Assembly (NCBI GenBank): GCA_963819815.1
Contig: CAWFXL010000001.1
Location: forward strand, 704,001-768,000
Length of the DNA: 64,000 bases
Reading direction: 5' to 3'
DNA from: an uncultured bacterium
GTDB taxonomy: Bacteria; Babelota; Babeliae; Babelales; Babelaceae
A program made the translations under genes and the position numbers. Positions 10,684 to 22,137 of the stretch are shown piece after piece; the stretch's first letter is position 1; every line of letters starts with the position of its first letter. The notes beneath the pieces are model-generated. The model searched no databases and was not told the origin of the DNA. It saw only the letters and a list, made by a program, of their open reading frames with translations.

Positions 10684-11121
10684 TTATTGCTTGAGCGTTG
10701 TAAAAAGAGTAACCGAGGTTTGAGCTCCTTCAGGACGAAGGACCATAGTACAGAGCTTTGAGGGCTTTGCAAACATAAGACAGGATTCTGGCGCCATAAC
10801 AATACCAAGCTCTTCCCACCCCCAATAGTCCATACTCGTGTGATAAAATACACGTAGCTCTTCCTGAGAAAGCTCAGTTTTATAGGCAAGCACCATCTGA
10901 GTTTCAGTAAATAAAAGCTTTTTCGGCTGCACATTTAAAGGGAACGACATATCATGAAGCCGAGCTAGCTCTTCGGGGGTTAGGTTAGGAAACTCCTCAA
11001 CCTGAACGGCGGGTGTCATAATCACACTTGAAAGAGATAGCTCTTGGCGCCCTCCGCACCCACTTAGGCATACAAGAAGAGTCCCCATGAAAAGAACTTT
11101 CACAAAGACTCTTGCATACAT
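10684..11121 (-). CDS. Hypothetical lipoprotein
   Basis: LSGC lipobox; starts 9 bp downstream of rplS. Confidence 0.7.
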   Translation of the reverse strand: MYARVFVKVLFMGTLLVCLSGCGGRQELSLSSVIMTPAVQVEEFPNLTPEELARLHDMSFPLNVQPKKLLFTETQMVLAYKTELSQEELRVFYHTSMDYWGWEELGIVMAPESCLMFAKPSKLCTMVLRPEGAQTSVTLFTTLKQ

Positions 11122-11129
11122 AGCAATCC

Positions 11130-11525
11130 TTACGATTTTTTCAGGGCAGCTTTCTGTTCTTTGGTAAGAACTTTCTCAGCAACACGGGCAGCTTTACCGA
11201 TACGATCTCTCATATAGTAGAGCTTAGCACGACGGACTTTACCCTTACGAACAAATTCAACATGCTCGACAAGGGGAGAGTAATAGGGGAAAATACGTTC
11301 AACAGATATAGAGTTGGAACCGATTTTCCGGATCGTGAAGGTAGAAGCCATACCATGGTTATGCATAGCAATAACGTCCCCTTCAAATAGCTGGATTCGT
11401 TCCTTGTCGCCTTCTTTGATCTTTTGGGACACTTTAACGGTATCTCCGACTGTAAATGAATCAAAGGTGCGTGGTTGCATACCAAATTCAAGAATCGTTT
11501 CTTTAGTATAGTGTTTTGCTTTCAT
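11130..11525 (-). CDS. rplS: 50S ribosomal protein L19
   Basis: [31 protein letters not shown]. Confidence 0.98.
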   Translation of the reverse strand: MKAKHYTKETILEFGMQPRTFDSFTVGDTVKVSQKIKEGDKERIQLFEGDVIAMHNHGMASTFTIRKIGSNSISVERIFPYYSPLVEHVEFVRKGKVRRAKLYYMRDRIGKAARVAEKVLTKEQKAALKKS

Positions 11526-11805
11526 GATCGTCCTTTTCGAGGCTCTTGACGCTAAAATACTGATTAATTTTTCTGTGCATTGATCTTAGTATAGGATATT
11601 TTTTAACGTTTGTCATACCAAAATCATCGATCCCTGACAGACCTAAGATTAGCTCTGCCTAGCACCTCAGCAACTTCATATAAGTGGCATGTTCCATTAT
11701 TAGTAGCTCACTCAAGACTGGTGTTTAGGAATGAAGCTTTATATTGATTTCACTACACTTGGCAGCCTATTAAGCTTCTTCCTTCGCCATCGTTAGCCGA
11801 ATATC

Positions 11806-12783
11806 ATGTACACTGCGTAATCTGCTCTTTGATAACCCCAAGGATAGCATACACTGATGTTATATAGGTAACAGTTGGTTTCTGGAACTCATAATAGGTA
11901 AACTTTTCAAGCATTTCTTTGATCCAGCCCAATAAACTCGTGAGTTCCATGAATCCATTGCGCATAGGACATATATGGGTATAGTCGCACCAGCCATGCT
12001 TTTGCTGCGAATAAGCTCATCTAGATGGTATTCAAGCTGATCCTTGCCTGAAAAATACTTTTCAAGTCCACATTCATCTATTAAAGCCACCTTGCACCTT
12101 ACTGCGAAGAGTCAATGCACGTATATGAAGCAAGATTTCTCTGCAATGCATTAAGTATTGAAAGAATATGCGCAAATGTACTTCTTACATGCACACCCTT
12201 CAAGGTTAAGAGAGCTTGAGCATCATTATGTTCCCACTGAGCCAGAGACTGACTAAGCACATAATCCTTTTCTTCAAGATCTTGTTTTGTTGCAAGAAGC
12301 TTCTTCGAGAATTTATCAAGAGGCCCAAGCAAGCAACGAGAATCTCCTGTTGGGCCGGTTAATTCTTTAAGTCCAGCAGGAAAATCGATATTAAAAAATT
12401 CAAACACAAGATGGTCCCATAGCTGCTTTTCCTTTTCCTCGTCTCCTAAATTCTTGTTCTAGAATTTTGACATAGGGCATAAACTCAGTACGTGCTCCTA
12501 GGGCAGATTCATAGAAATCTGAAAGTAGCTGATGGTCTTTAAACATGCGCTCGTGATCATCATATTTGCTTGCCAAAGCATCATAGTTTCCTATTTGAGC
12601 ATCATACTGCCTTTGAAGGGCATGGTTATCGATCAATGTACTGAATAGCAAGCCCGTAGCTACTACTGAAGCAGAAAGCCAAACGATCTCCTGCAAAGTG
12701 TAATCACTCAATGGATTCCAGGTATAGATCTGTGATGAAGGCATAGAGGTAACTAATGCTATAATAAGACATCTCTTCAACAT
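11806..12783 (-). pseudogene. Fragmented hypothetical protein(s) with an N-terminal signal/TM segment
   Basis: Three abutting same-strand ORFs (12783-12400, 12407-12099, 12090-11860) plus a further open stretch to about 11806; only the first has ATG and a signal-like start. Confidence 0.4.
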
Positions 12784-12929
12784 AGGTCAGCCTTTCTGTA
12801 TGATTTTCGCTGTATAGAGTAGTATACAGGCTTTTTTGAGACCTACAAACAACTATGTTTGCTCATATTTGGAGGCTGAACACATGTGGCAATAAAAGGA
12901 AGAGCTTATTCAGAGTACAAAAGTCTTTC

Positions 12930-13457
12930 TCAACCTAATGCATTGAAAGTTTCTCTTTGAGCCTGGATATAACTATCCACTTCTAGTGCTTTTTTAAGCT
13001 TAGTAGTATCTCTTTGCCTTTTATAGAGCAGCATTGATCCTGTAACGAGACCTAGTCCACCAAGCGTCACTATTGTCATTCTGTTACGCATTAATTCAAT
13101 AAGACTATCCGTTATATGCAACTCTGGCATCAACCCTTTTATAGCAAGAATTCCGCCACCTACTATCAAGCCGGTTCCAATTAATTTAATAGCCACGTCG
13201 AATGGATCGCTCTCCCATAACTTATGAAGTTGAGCATTTCTAACTCTTCCTGCAGCAAGCTCACCAAGAGATGATAAATATATCTTCTTAGTATTTGAAC
13301 TCTGCTGACTACCTAAAAGATCTTGAATCCCTCGCTCAAGGCTTTCAAGGTCTGAATTTTCAATTGCGCTCTTACAAGCAGTATATGCAGCATCTTCTGC
13401 AAATAATACGCTACCAAAAAGACTCAATGTCAGAGCCATACATACTAGTTTCGTCAT
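12930..13457 (-). CDS. Hypothetical membrane protein (signal peptide + 2 TM)
   Basis: AAGGAG RBS before ATG 13457; two Gly-rich hydrophobic segments. Confidence 0.75.
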   Translation of the reverse strand: MTKLVCMALTLSLFGSVLFAEDAAYTACKSAIENSDLESLERGIQDLLGSQQSSNTKKIYLSSLGELAAGRVRNAQLHKLWESDPFDVAIKLIGTGLIVGGGILAIKGLMPELHITDSLIELMRNRMTIVTLGGLGLVTGSMLLYKRQRDTTKLKKALEVDSYIQAQRETFNALG

Positions 13458-13627
13458 GAGAATCTCCTTAATGTAGATGTCTGAGAACTTTTTTACAGTA
13501 TCTATCAATGTGAGGTCGTCGTCAAATACCTTTGGGGCGTTAAACTCAGAGATCGGAAGGCTGAAGACTTTTCACAAAAGAAATTGGATTGCCAATCTCA
13601 TCAAGAAAGCAGAGTTTTTGATAACAT

Positions 13628-14953
13628 CTACGTATTACTCACACCAGTGCTCTGTTGAGCTACGGGATTCGTACCCAGCCATCTATCAAAGATGACTGCT
13701 GCTGCAGAACGAACAGATAAATGGTTAAACTCAGAAAACCCCTCGATGGGACCTAATACATAGTCACAGCGTTCAAGTAGGCTCGGCGCTAGACCGCGAG
13801 CAGTACCGAGTACAAGGACTACCGGTCGCTCTTGAGACCAAACTCTCTCTTGGTCATAATAGGTAAGCCCTTTGATACCGGTAACCTGTCGTGCCGAGGT
13901 AGCAATGCAAAGAGGTTGCTTACCTTCTTGGTGCTTAATTTGAGCAAGCGCCTCATCAAAGGATTCAACTAAGCATACTGCCTTGAGCGCTTCATGCCGT
14001 TGTGGATTATAGTCAATACCTACATCGGTATGCCAAAAATGGAGGAGCTTCTTAACAATCTTCTGCTGATCTTGTAAGGGCGTAACGAGAAAGTACTGTG
14101 TAATGCCATAGGTACAAGCCGACCGGGCAATATCATGAATATCAAGAGATGTCACTGAACTAGTACCCTCGGTATCGTCCCCTAGGAGTACTTGGCTATG
14201 CATAAGAATAACATAATGAGGCGGAATCTGTTGCGCCACCAGCTTCTTATCTTCTTGTGCATAGGTATGTGAGCGTACCCATCCAAAATGATGAATCACC
14301 GAATCATGAGCAGCCTTGGTTCTTCTCCAAGATTCAATAGCACCATGGTTACCCGAGCGTATTATCTCGGGAACTTCAAGCCCCTTCCAAAGCACAGGAG
14401 CTGTATATTCAGGATAATCGACAAAAGGGCCCGAGAAAGACTCTTCAAGCACCGATTCTTCTTTGCCTACAACGCCTGGTATAAGCCTTAAAAGACCTTC
14501 CATAAGCACCATAGCGGGAAGATCCCCTCCCATAAGGACATAGTCCCCTATCGAGACCATACAATCTGCATAGACCTCTTCAACTCGAGCATCCATACCT
14601 TCATAACGAGCAGGTATGAGCATAATGTGCTTTTTTTCTTGCAAGATCTGAGCAAGCTTCTTCAGTAAGCACTGGTCAAGCTTTTGTCCCTTAGGTGAAA
14701 AAAATATTTTATAGGCAGGACCATACTCGAGCTCGCTCTTCTCAATACCCATTTGAATGACTTCTGGCTTTAAGAGCATACCTGCTCCTGGCCCAAAGCA
14801 TGGACTATCGATACGCTTTTTAGGTCCTACTAAGGAAAAAAGTTCTTCAACCCCTAAGGAAACGATCCCTGCATCAACCGCACGAGCTGGCAAGCTCGTC
14901 TTTATAAACGGTTCATACAGGGCTTTAAAAAGGGTAAGCGTCGATATACGCAT
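13628..14953 (-). CDS. trmD: tRNA m1G37 methyltransferase TrmD fused to a second SPOUT methyltransferase domain (DUF2168-like)
   Basis: RYEGMDARV, SIGDYVLMGG, YPEYT, SGNH; C-domain TSLDIHDIARS, GTARGL, NHLSVRSAAAVIFDR. Confidence 0.93.
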   Translation of the reverse strand: MRISTLTLFKALYEPFIKTSLPARAVDAGIVSLGVEELFSLVGPKKRIDSPCFGPGAGMLLKPEVIQMGIEKSELEYGPAYKIFFSPKGQKLDQCLLKKLAQILQEKKHIMLIPARYEGMDARVEEVYADCMVSIGDYVLMGGDLPAMVLMEGLLRLIPGVVGKEESVLEESFSGPFVDYPEYTAPVLWKGLEVPEIIRSGNHGAIESWRRTKAAHDSVIHHFGWVRSHTYAQEDKKLVAQQIPPHYVILMHSQVLLGDDTEGTSSVTSLDIHDIARSACTYGITQYFLVTPLQDQQKIVKKLLHFWHTDVGIDYNPQRHEALKAVCLVESFDEALAQIKHQEGKQPLCIATSARQVTGIKGLTYYDQERVWSQERPVVLVLGTARGLAPSLLERCDYVLGPIEGFSEFNHLSVRSAAAVIFDRWLGTNPVAQQSTGVSNT

Positions 14954-15187
14954 TTATGCAGTTTCTATAACTAGATCGTGAGGATTACCTTCTAAAGGTA
15001 AGTTAATCAATGCCCGTAAGGCCTTGAAGGTTCTTCCTTCTTTGCCGATGACACGGGCTCGATCCTCAGGAGCAACCCTCACTTCGAAGGTTATTCTATC
15101 GGAGCTCTCAACACGGGTAATGGTAAGAGCTTGAGGATTATCCACAAGCTTTTCAATACAGAATCTGAGGAGTTTTTCTACGTCCAT
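14954..15187 (-). CDS. khpA: KH-domain RNA-binding protein (KhpA-like)
   Basis: RVIGKEGRTFKALR; located after rpsP. Confidence 0.88.
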   Translation of the reverse strand: MDVEKLLRFCIEKLVDNPQALTITRVESSDRITFEVRVAPEDRARVIGKEGRTFKALRALINLPLEGNPHDLVIETA

Positions 15188-15199
15188 TGAATACCCTAC

Positions 15200-15445
15200 T
15201 TACGCCGCTGCAGAGCTTTTATATTGTCGACGCAACTTTTCAACTGAGTCGCTTACCTGAGCCCCTTTTGAGACCCACTCGCTAATACGGGCATCATGGA
15301 ATTGAACAAGCTCTTTAGTCTCAGGATTATACGTCCCAAGAATCTCAAGAGGCTCTCCATCTCGTTTTTTACGAGAGTCGATAGCTATAATACGATACAT
15401 AGGTGCGTGAGTTCGCCCTATACGAGTCAAGCGAATTTTTACCAT
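15200..15445 (-). CDS. rpsP: 30S ribosomal protein S16
   Basis: MVKIRLTRIG, YRIIAIDSR, LGTYNP. Confidence 0.98.
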   Translation of the reverse strand: MVKIRLTRIGRTHAPMYRIIAIDSRKKRDGEPLEILGTYNPETKELVQFHDARISEWVSKGAQVSDSVEKLRRQYKSSAAA

Positions 15446-15478
15446 TCGTCATATCCTTTAGTTAACAGATACTCAATT

Positions 15479-16800
15479 TCATGAACCATGTTTTCCCATC
15501 TTTCTCATGAGTGTAGCATATTGTTTAATTTGCTCAAATCGGGCAAGCAATGTATTGACGTCAGTTGGATATCATCCGCCCCTTGCGCGATTCTTTTTTT
15601 TTCGTGAACCATCTAGTAACGAAGGTATCATTCGTTCTTTAGGGGTCATCGAGCTCATGATAGCTTTGAACTTTTTCATCTCTTTTTCAGAACTTCCCCT
15701 TGCTCAGGAGTTACCTTTAAACCTAGGTTACCAGGAAGATACTTAGTTATCGAACTAAGTGAACCTAATGAGTTCATCATAGACATCGTTGCTGCAAAAT
15801 CATCTAAGGTAAACCCTTTTGACATTGAGCGGGAAAGTCTTTCCTGGTCCTGTAGCTTAATCTTCTTCTCAGCCTGCTCAAATAAGGTCTGCAAGTCACC
15901 CATCCCCATAATTCTACTGGCCATACGCTCAGGTCTAAAGGGCTGCAAGTCTTCAAGCTTCTCACCAGTAGCTGCAAAAAGAATCGGTTTCTTTAAAGCA
16001 TACCTAAACGCAAACGCTACACCACCACGTGTATCACTATCCATTTTGGTAAGTAAGGCACCCATAAAGCCAACTGAGGTATCAAAGGCCTTGGCAACGG
16101 CAAGTGACTCCTGCCCTATCATAGCATCAAGTACTAAGATCTTATAGTTTGGATTAACGGCTGTGTCGATCTTTTTAAGCTCACCAAGCAAGGTTTCATC
16201 AATATGGAGCCGCCCTGCTGTATCAAGGAGCAGCACATCCACCAGCTCTTTCTTCGCATATGCTTTAATATCTATGGCTGCAGCGATAGGATCTGTCTCT
16301 TGAGAGCGATAAAAGAGTACTCCCGCCTTCTTTGCAAGAATCTCAAGTTGGTCTATCGCAGCGGGTCTATAATAATCGACCGAAGCAACCATAATATGCC
16401 TTTTTTTGCCTCGTGCTTCAGCCTGTTCTTTAAACATCAAGGCAAGCTTACCAAGAGTCGTCGTCTTACCTGAGCCCTGCAATCCAAGAACCATAATGGT
16501 AGCGGGAAACTGAAAGCTAAAGCCACTTGTAGAAGCTCCCCCTAAGAAGGTCACCATCTTATCATGGACAATTTTGACAAGCAGTTCTGCAGGCTTCATA
16601 GAGTTAATGAGCTTTTGCCCTACCACTTCTTGCCGTATCTCTTGGGTAAATGATTCAATTACTTCATAGGGAACATCGGCCTCAAGCAAGGCATCACGTA
16701 CCTTACCAAGAGCCTCATCAAGAGATTTCTCGGTAATCCGAGATCCGCTTGAAAAGCGAGAAAAAATAGACGAAAATTTTGTAGATAGAAGATCAAACAT
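15479..16800 (-). CDS. ffh: Signal recognition particle protein; M-domain broken by about 3 indels between 15560 and 15700
   Basis: LLEADV, GLQGSGKTTT, DTAGR, TKMD; SMTPKER, SRKK-RIA and DVNTLL continue in shifted frames; end approximate. Confidence 0.95.
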
Positions 16801-16939
16801 ACTCAGAGGCCACCAGAATTCTTATCATACTCTTATCTATAGGAAGACAAATACAACCAAGTCATATAGACTAGACATAGCTTAGTACAAGTAAGTATAG
16901 CATAGAATAAAACTCTTGAACATTTTTACATGGCACAGC

Positions 16940-18088
16940 ATGAAACCAGAATCAACAACTACTGTAACACATCCCCGTACGCTCTTAGTGGGTATACATG
17001 CCCCCTATAACCATACAAAGGATATTCAGTCCTATTATGATGAGTTTATCAACTTAGTACTCTCAAATGGGCTTGAGTATGACGCTACCTTTTTCACAAA
17101 AATTAGAACGGTCGACCCAGCCTACTTCCTCACTAAAGGAAAGGTGGAAGAACTCAAAGAAATCTGTGATAGAGATAACATTGAAGAGGTGATCATCTCA
17201 GAACCGATTAGTGCTCAACAAGAACGCAACTTAAGCGAGCTTCTCCATCTGAGAGTGTTCGATCGAACGCAGCTTATTCTTGAGATCTTTGAAAAAGGTG
17301 CCCAGTCAGCCGAAGGTAAAACTCAGGTTGAGCTTGCTCTCTTTGAGCACCGCAAGTCTCGACTTGCCGGCCGAGGTATCCACATGTCTCAGCAGTCTGG
17401 CCGTATTGGAACGCGCGGCCCCGGTGAAACCCAAAAGGAAAAAGACCTTCAGCATATTGAACATCGAATGATCAAACTTCGAAGAGACCTCGAGCAGCTT
17501 GAAAGGACTCGTGAAACACAAAGAAAGCGGCGTCTTGAGACTAAGATTCCTCAAATTAGTCTTGTCGGATATACCAACGCCGGAAAATCTACGATTCTCA
17601 ATCTGCTTACCAAGAGTGACGTGCTTGCTGAGAACCGATTATTTGCAACACTCGATACCACAACACGAGCACTCATTATCGATGGTAAAAAAAAGGGCCT
17701 CATCTCAGATACGGTAGGATTTATTCAGCAGCTCCCTCACCATCTTATCGAAGCATTTAAGTCAACACTTACAGAGCTTAAATATGCCCACCTGCTTTTA
17801 CAGGTAGTAGACATATCTGATCCAAACTGGCCAGCGCATATCCAAGTAGTTCTTGAAGTACTTAAGGAGCTTGATATTGATAAACCGATGCTCTATGTCT
17901 TTAATAAGGCTGACCGTCTTGGCGAAGGCGAACTTGTTGGCTATAAGATATCGAGGTATGAGCCCCAGGTACTCGTTTCAGCCCTTTCAAAAGAAGGCAT
18001 CGCTCCTTTAGTAGAATTTCTTCGTGAGTGGGCTCCTGAAGAGGATCAACCATCAGCTGATCAATCATATGTATCAGAAAAGAGCTAA
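16940..18088 (+). CDS. hflX: GTPase HflX
   Basis: TRGPGET, GYTNAGKST, LFATLD, DTVGF, NKAD. Confidence 0.96.
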   Translation: MKPESTTTVTHPRTLLVGIHAPYNHTKDIQSYYDEFINLVLSNGLEYDATFFTKIRTVDPAYFLTKGKVEELKEICDRDNIEEVIISEPISAQQERNLSELLHLRVFDRTQLILEIFEKGAQSAEGKTQVELALFEHRKSRLAGRGIHMSQQSGRIGTRGPGETQKEKDLQHIEHRMIKLRRDLEQLERTRETQRKRRLETKIPQISLVGYTNAGKSTILNLLTKSDVLAENRLFATLDTTTRALIIDGKKKGLISDTVGFIQQLPHHLIEAFKSTLTELKYAHLLLQVVDISDPNWPAHIQVVLEVLKELDIDKPMLYVFNKADRLGEGELVGYKISRYEPQVLVSALSKEGIAPLVEFLREWAPEEDQPSADQSYVSEKS

Positions 18089-18182
18089 AAGCATTCCTTG
18101 CCTTGTTAAGGAACCTTTTTTAGACTAGCACAAGAGCATGGTACAAAGTAGGTGCTCCCCTCACTCTACCTCCAGGAATATA

Positions 18183-20396
18183 ATGAGCTTTAAAGAATTT
18201 TTTGAACAAAACTTAAACCCAGAACAGCAGCAAGTCGTAGAGCCCGAAAAAGGGGTACTTATTGTAACCGCTGGTGCAGGATCGGGAAAAACTCGTGTTA
18301 TTACGGCACGTATGGCCTATCTGATAACACAGCATCACATACCGGCTTCTCAAATTATAGCCCTTACCTTTACCAACAAAGCTGCTAAAGAAATGAAAGA
18401 GCGTATAGCTCGTTTTCTTTCCCATGAGGGGCCCCTTCCCTATGTAGGTACGTTCCATTCTTATTGCCTAAGGATACTCAAAAGCAATACGCATCTTCTG
18501 CCGTTTAAAAGTTTCTCCCTTATGGACGAAGCTGACCAAGAAAAATTAGCTCGCGACCTTATCGCTGAAAAAGGGCTCACTAAAAAGCTTCGGCCAGGCC
18601 AACTGGTCGCTTTTGTTTCTAAGCTGAAGAATGAAGCTACTGATGACCAGGAGCGGGCTAAGCTTTGGGGCGATGATCTTTTCTATAGAGATCTGTATTA
18701 TCTCTATGAAGCTCGTAAGACTGCTGCTCACTGCCTCGATTTTGATGATCTGTTAGTGCATACTCTTGAGCTTTTTAAAAAGAATGAGATCTTTAAAAAA
18801 GTATTCCAAGAGCATGTTCGTCACGTCCTTGTTGATGAATATCAGGATACCAATAAGGTACAACATGCGCTCCTTAAAGAACTGACCAAAGATCAGGGTA
18901 CCTTTTCACTTGACTCTTTATGTGTTGTTGGCGACGAAGATCAATCAATTTACTCATGGCGAGGAGCCACAGTAAGCAATATTATTAATTTTAGCAAAGA
19001 TTTTCCGGCAGCACGTTCGATTACCATTGAGCGTAACTACCGATCAGTTCAGCCGATATTGCATATCGCTAATGAAGTTATTAAACATAATGCCTTTAGA
19101 AATCCAAAACGGCTCTATTCAGGACGTGATGCAGAAGATTCTGTACGCATGCTTACCTGCCAATCTGGTCATCAAGAGGGAGAAGCTGTCGCCCTTTTTC
19201 TTAAAATGCTCCGCGGCCATTCAGGAATAAACTCAGCAGCCATCCTCTACAGGTCCCATTTTCAGTCCCGTTCGCTTGAAGAGGCGCTGATTCGGCATTC
19301 GATTCCCTACAAAATTATGGGCGGCATCCAATTTTATGACCGTCTTGAAATTAAGGATATGCTCGCCTACATGAGGCTTCTCATCAATCCTTACGATAGA
19401 CTTGCCTTTGCACGCGCTATCAATAAACCGAGCCGTGGCCTTGGGGATAAGTTCGAAGATCTCTTTTATGAAACATGGGATATGATGCCTTTTGAAACCT
19501 ATGCAGGCATAGCACAGATGTTACTTCAACAGGGCTCTTTAACTGCCTCAAAACAAGAAGCTCTTAAAGATTTTCTGAAGACATTTGAAGGATTTTCAAG
19601 CACCTCACAACCAAGTAAGGTCCTGAATGCACTTATTGAGAGAACCCGCTATTATGCCTATCTAGATTCTGCCTTTGAAAAAGAAGAAGCAGTAGCCAAA
19701 AAAGAAAACCTCAAGGAGCTTATCAATGGCGTTCTCTTCTTTGAAGAGCGACATGAAGCCACTCTTGATAGCTTCTTACAAGAAGTATCTCTTTTGCAAG
19801 AACAGATGAATGCTCCTGAGGATACGTCTGAGTATGTGAAGCTCATGACGTTTCATGCTGCCAAGGGCCTTGAGTTTGATACGGTAATACTTTCAGGAAT
19901 CGAAGAAGGAATACTACCAAGCGCTCGCTCACTTGGTAACCAAGAATCGCTTGAAGAGGAACGTCGCCTTCTCTATGTAGGCATCACACGGGCTCGAGAA
20001 CGGTTACTTATAACCCGCACAAAGTATCGCTATACGTATGGAACACTCACTGACCAACAACCATCACGTTTTCTAGATGAGATTCCTGAAGGCCACGCCC
20101 CACAGGAAGATGCCTCATATTGGAAAGAATACGAGCTTATACGCTACTTCAATGACTGGTTTTTTCATCGCACTCAACCAGTAGCCCCCAAGAGTAGTGA
20201 CGACTTAAACTATGAGCCTGCATTTCATGAAGAGCTCGAAGAACCCTCCTGGAAGCAATACCAACCAGTCTATCATGCAAAATTCGGGCAAGGGATCATT
20301 GAGAAGATCGAACAGAAGAGCACCTCTACTCATCTTACTATTCGCTTCAAGACAGGCACTAAAAAGCTTGATGCATCCTATATCACCTCTTTATGA
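18183..20396 (+). CDS. pcrA: UvrD/PcrA-family DNA helicase
   Basis: AGAGSGKT, VDEYQDTN, VGDEDQSIYSWRGA, HAAKGLEF, EEERRLLYVGITRA; C-terminal Tudor-like tail. Confidence 0.93.
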   Translation: MSFKEFFEQNLNPEQQQVVEPEKGVLIVTAGAGSGKTRVITARMAYLITQHHIPASQIIALTFTNKAAKEMKERIARFLSHEGPLPYVGTFHSYCLRILKSNTHLLPFKSFSLMDEADQEKLARDLIAEKGLTKKLRPGQLVAFVSKLKNEATDDQERAKLWGDDLFYRDLYYLYEARKTAAHCLDFDDLLVHTLELFKKNEIFKKVFQEHVRHVLVDEYQDTNKVQHALLKELTKDQGTFSLDSLCVVGDEDQSIYSWRGATVSNIINFSKDFPAARSITIERNYRSVQPILHIANEVIKHNAFRNPKRLYSGRDAEDSVRMLTCQSGHQEGEAVALFLKMLRGHSGINSAAILYRSHFQSRSLEEALIRHSIPYKIMGGIQFYDRLEIKDMLAYMRLLINPYDRLAFARAINKPSRGLGDKFEDLFYETWDMMPFETYAGIAQMLLQQGSLTASKQEALKDFLKTFEGFSSTSQPSKVLNALIERTRYYAYLDSAFEKEEAVAKKENLKELINGVLFFEERHEATLDSFLQEVSLLQEQMNAPEDTSEYVKLMTFHAAKGLEFDTVILSGIEEGILPSARSLGNQESLEEERRLLYVGITRARERLLITRTKYRYTYGTLTDQQPSRFLDEIPEGHAPQEDASYWKEYELIRYFNDWFFHRTQPVAPKSSDDLNYEPAFHEELEEPSWKQYQPVYHAKFGQGIIEKIEQKSTSTHLTIRFKTGTKKLDASYITSL

Positions 20397-20530
20397 GGGA
20401 TATTGGAGCAAGGAAACACATCCAACAAAAAAGAGCTCTTAACTATTGCTTTTCGAATTTTCAGTAAGGTAGTATAGATCTAACTGAGCTTGAGCCCAGA
20501 AAACAATACCTTACAAAAGGGAGAAATCAT

Positions 20531-22114
20531 ATGAAATTCTTATCTACATCTCTTAGATTACTGTTAATCCTTACGATGTTGGCACCTGCGTTAGCAAAAT
20601 CGGACAAGTGCCATGAAAAAAAAGAAGTCGTAAAATATGTCCAAGGTGGAGCTAATGCTCCTGGTAACGGTACCAAGGAGCATCCTTTTGCCACACTCCA
20701 AGTTGCTCAAAAGGATCCGTCCTGGGACGTGCTTATTGTACTTTCATCAAAAGTCCCACTAACGGATGGCATCATCCTAGCAAACCGCAAACTCATAGGT
20801 GAGGAAAACCCTACCTGTATAACCTTCTCTCCGACGCAACCTACTCTCACAACCTTGGGGGTCACCGTTGTTGGCAATTCGGTCGTTGAAAACCTCTATA
20901 TTAAAGATACCACCGGCTCTGCCATCAATTATGATAAAGCAGAAAACCTTACGGTAAAGAATGTCCTCATCAGTGGTTTTAATAAAGGAAATAGTATTAG
21001 TGTGGCCGGAATTCAAGGCAACTCCTCAAGTCCAGGAGAAACCATAGTTGAACATACTATTATTCGCAACAATAATGGGACAACTGGCATTGGAATTTCT
21101 GACATTCCTGCGAATGTATCTCGGAAATTAACCGTATGCAATTGTACGTTTTCTGCACTTACCACTACAGGTATCACTAGTATTGCAGCTAATCCTACAA
21201 CTTCAGTTCGTGTTATTATTCGAGATTCTTATTTTCATGATTTTAATGCAACCAATGGTACCGGAGTCTCCTGTTCCACTTCCATTGGCGCTCAAGAGAC
21301 TGTACTGATAAAAAACTCTTCATTTAGTAGTATTGCTAGTGCAACTGGTGGTAGCCATATTAGGGCAAACTTAACTGGATCATCAGATTTAAAACTGAAG
21401 ATCGATACCTGCTCATTTGAAGAAAACACCCTATTTGATTCTTCTTCCACAATATTTGTAGGGAACGCAGGATCTACGGGCGAAGTAATTGTAGAAAATT
21501 CAGTATCTACAAATTTGGTCAATTTCTTTGTATCAACTGGATCTGGAGCTAGCATACAAAAAAACAAACTCTGTGGCAACACAGTTACTGGAACCGCCAG
21601 TGTCTTCTATTTACTAACCAATAATGGGAGCTCAAGTCCTCAATCCCCTGTAGAAATAACTGATATCAAAGGAAATCTCTTTACTGGAAGAGAGGTCATT
21701 AACCTCCCAATAGTTAAGCCTTGGACACTCCTTGAGATACATGCGGAGCATAATTGCTTCACGGCTAGTAGTGGTATCTCTAGTGCAGGCTTTTCAGCAC
21801 AACCAGGTAATGCAGGGAACGCAGATATTTTTGCCCATAAAAACTCATTTATTGGGTTCACCACTGATATTTCAGATAGTGGAACCAACATCAATTATCT
21901 GGTGAGCAAAAACTTTTGGGGTCATACTCCCGCAATTCCTTGCACAGGAGGCGTTTGTTCAAGCCCATACCAGGTCTGTAAAAATAATGTGTGCCTCGGC
22001 CCAATAGTCACTGCTCCAGCTCCTCCTTTCATTGGCTTCATTGATGCAAGTGATCCGCTTGAGGAGTCTATTAAATGTCCTAAGAACTTCTGCAATGAAG
22101 ACCTTTGTAAGTAA
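20531..22114 (+). CDS. Secreted right-handed beta-helix-like protein with Cys-rich C-terminal module
   Basis: Signal peptide, YV..GNGTKEHPFATL cap motif (DUF1565-like), Asn/Ser/Thr/Gly-rich rungs, CTGGVCSSPYQVCKNNVC. Confidence 0.8.
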   Translation: MKFLSTSLRLLLILTMLAPALAKSDKCHEKKEVVKYVQGGANAPGNGTKEHPFATLQVAQKDPSWDVLIVLSSKVPLTDGIILANRKLIGEENPTCITFSPTQPTLTTLGVTVVGNSVVENLYIKDTTGSAINYDKAENLTVKNVLISGFNKGNSISVAGIQGNSSSPGETIVEHTIIRNNNGTTGIGISDIPANVSRKLTVCNCTFSALTTTGITSIAANPTTSVRVIIRDSYFHDFNATNGTGVSCSTSIGAQETVLIKNSSFSSIASATGGSHIRANLTGSSDLKLKIDTCSFEENTLFDSSSTIFVGNAGSTGEVIVENSVSTNLVNFFVSTGSGASIQKNKLCGNTVTGTASVFYLLTNNGSSSPQSPVEITDIKGNLFTGREVINLPIVKPWTLLEIHAEHNCFTASSGISSAGFSAQPGNAGNADIFAHKNSFIGFTTDISDSGTNINYLVSKNFWGHTPAIPCTGGVCSSPYQVCKNNVCLGPIVTAPAPPFIGFIDASDPLEESIKCPKNFCNEDLCK

Positions 22115-22137
22115 GACAACCCGCATCTGATACACAA

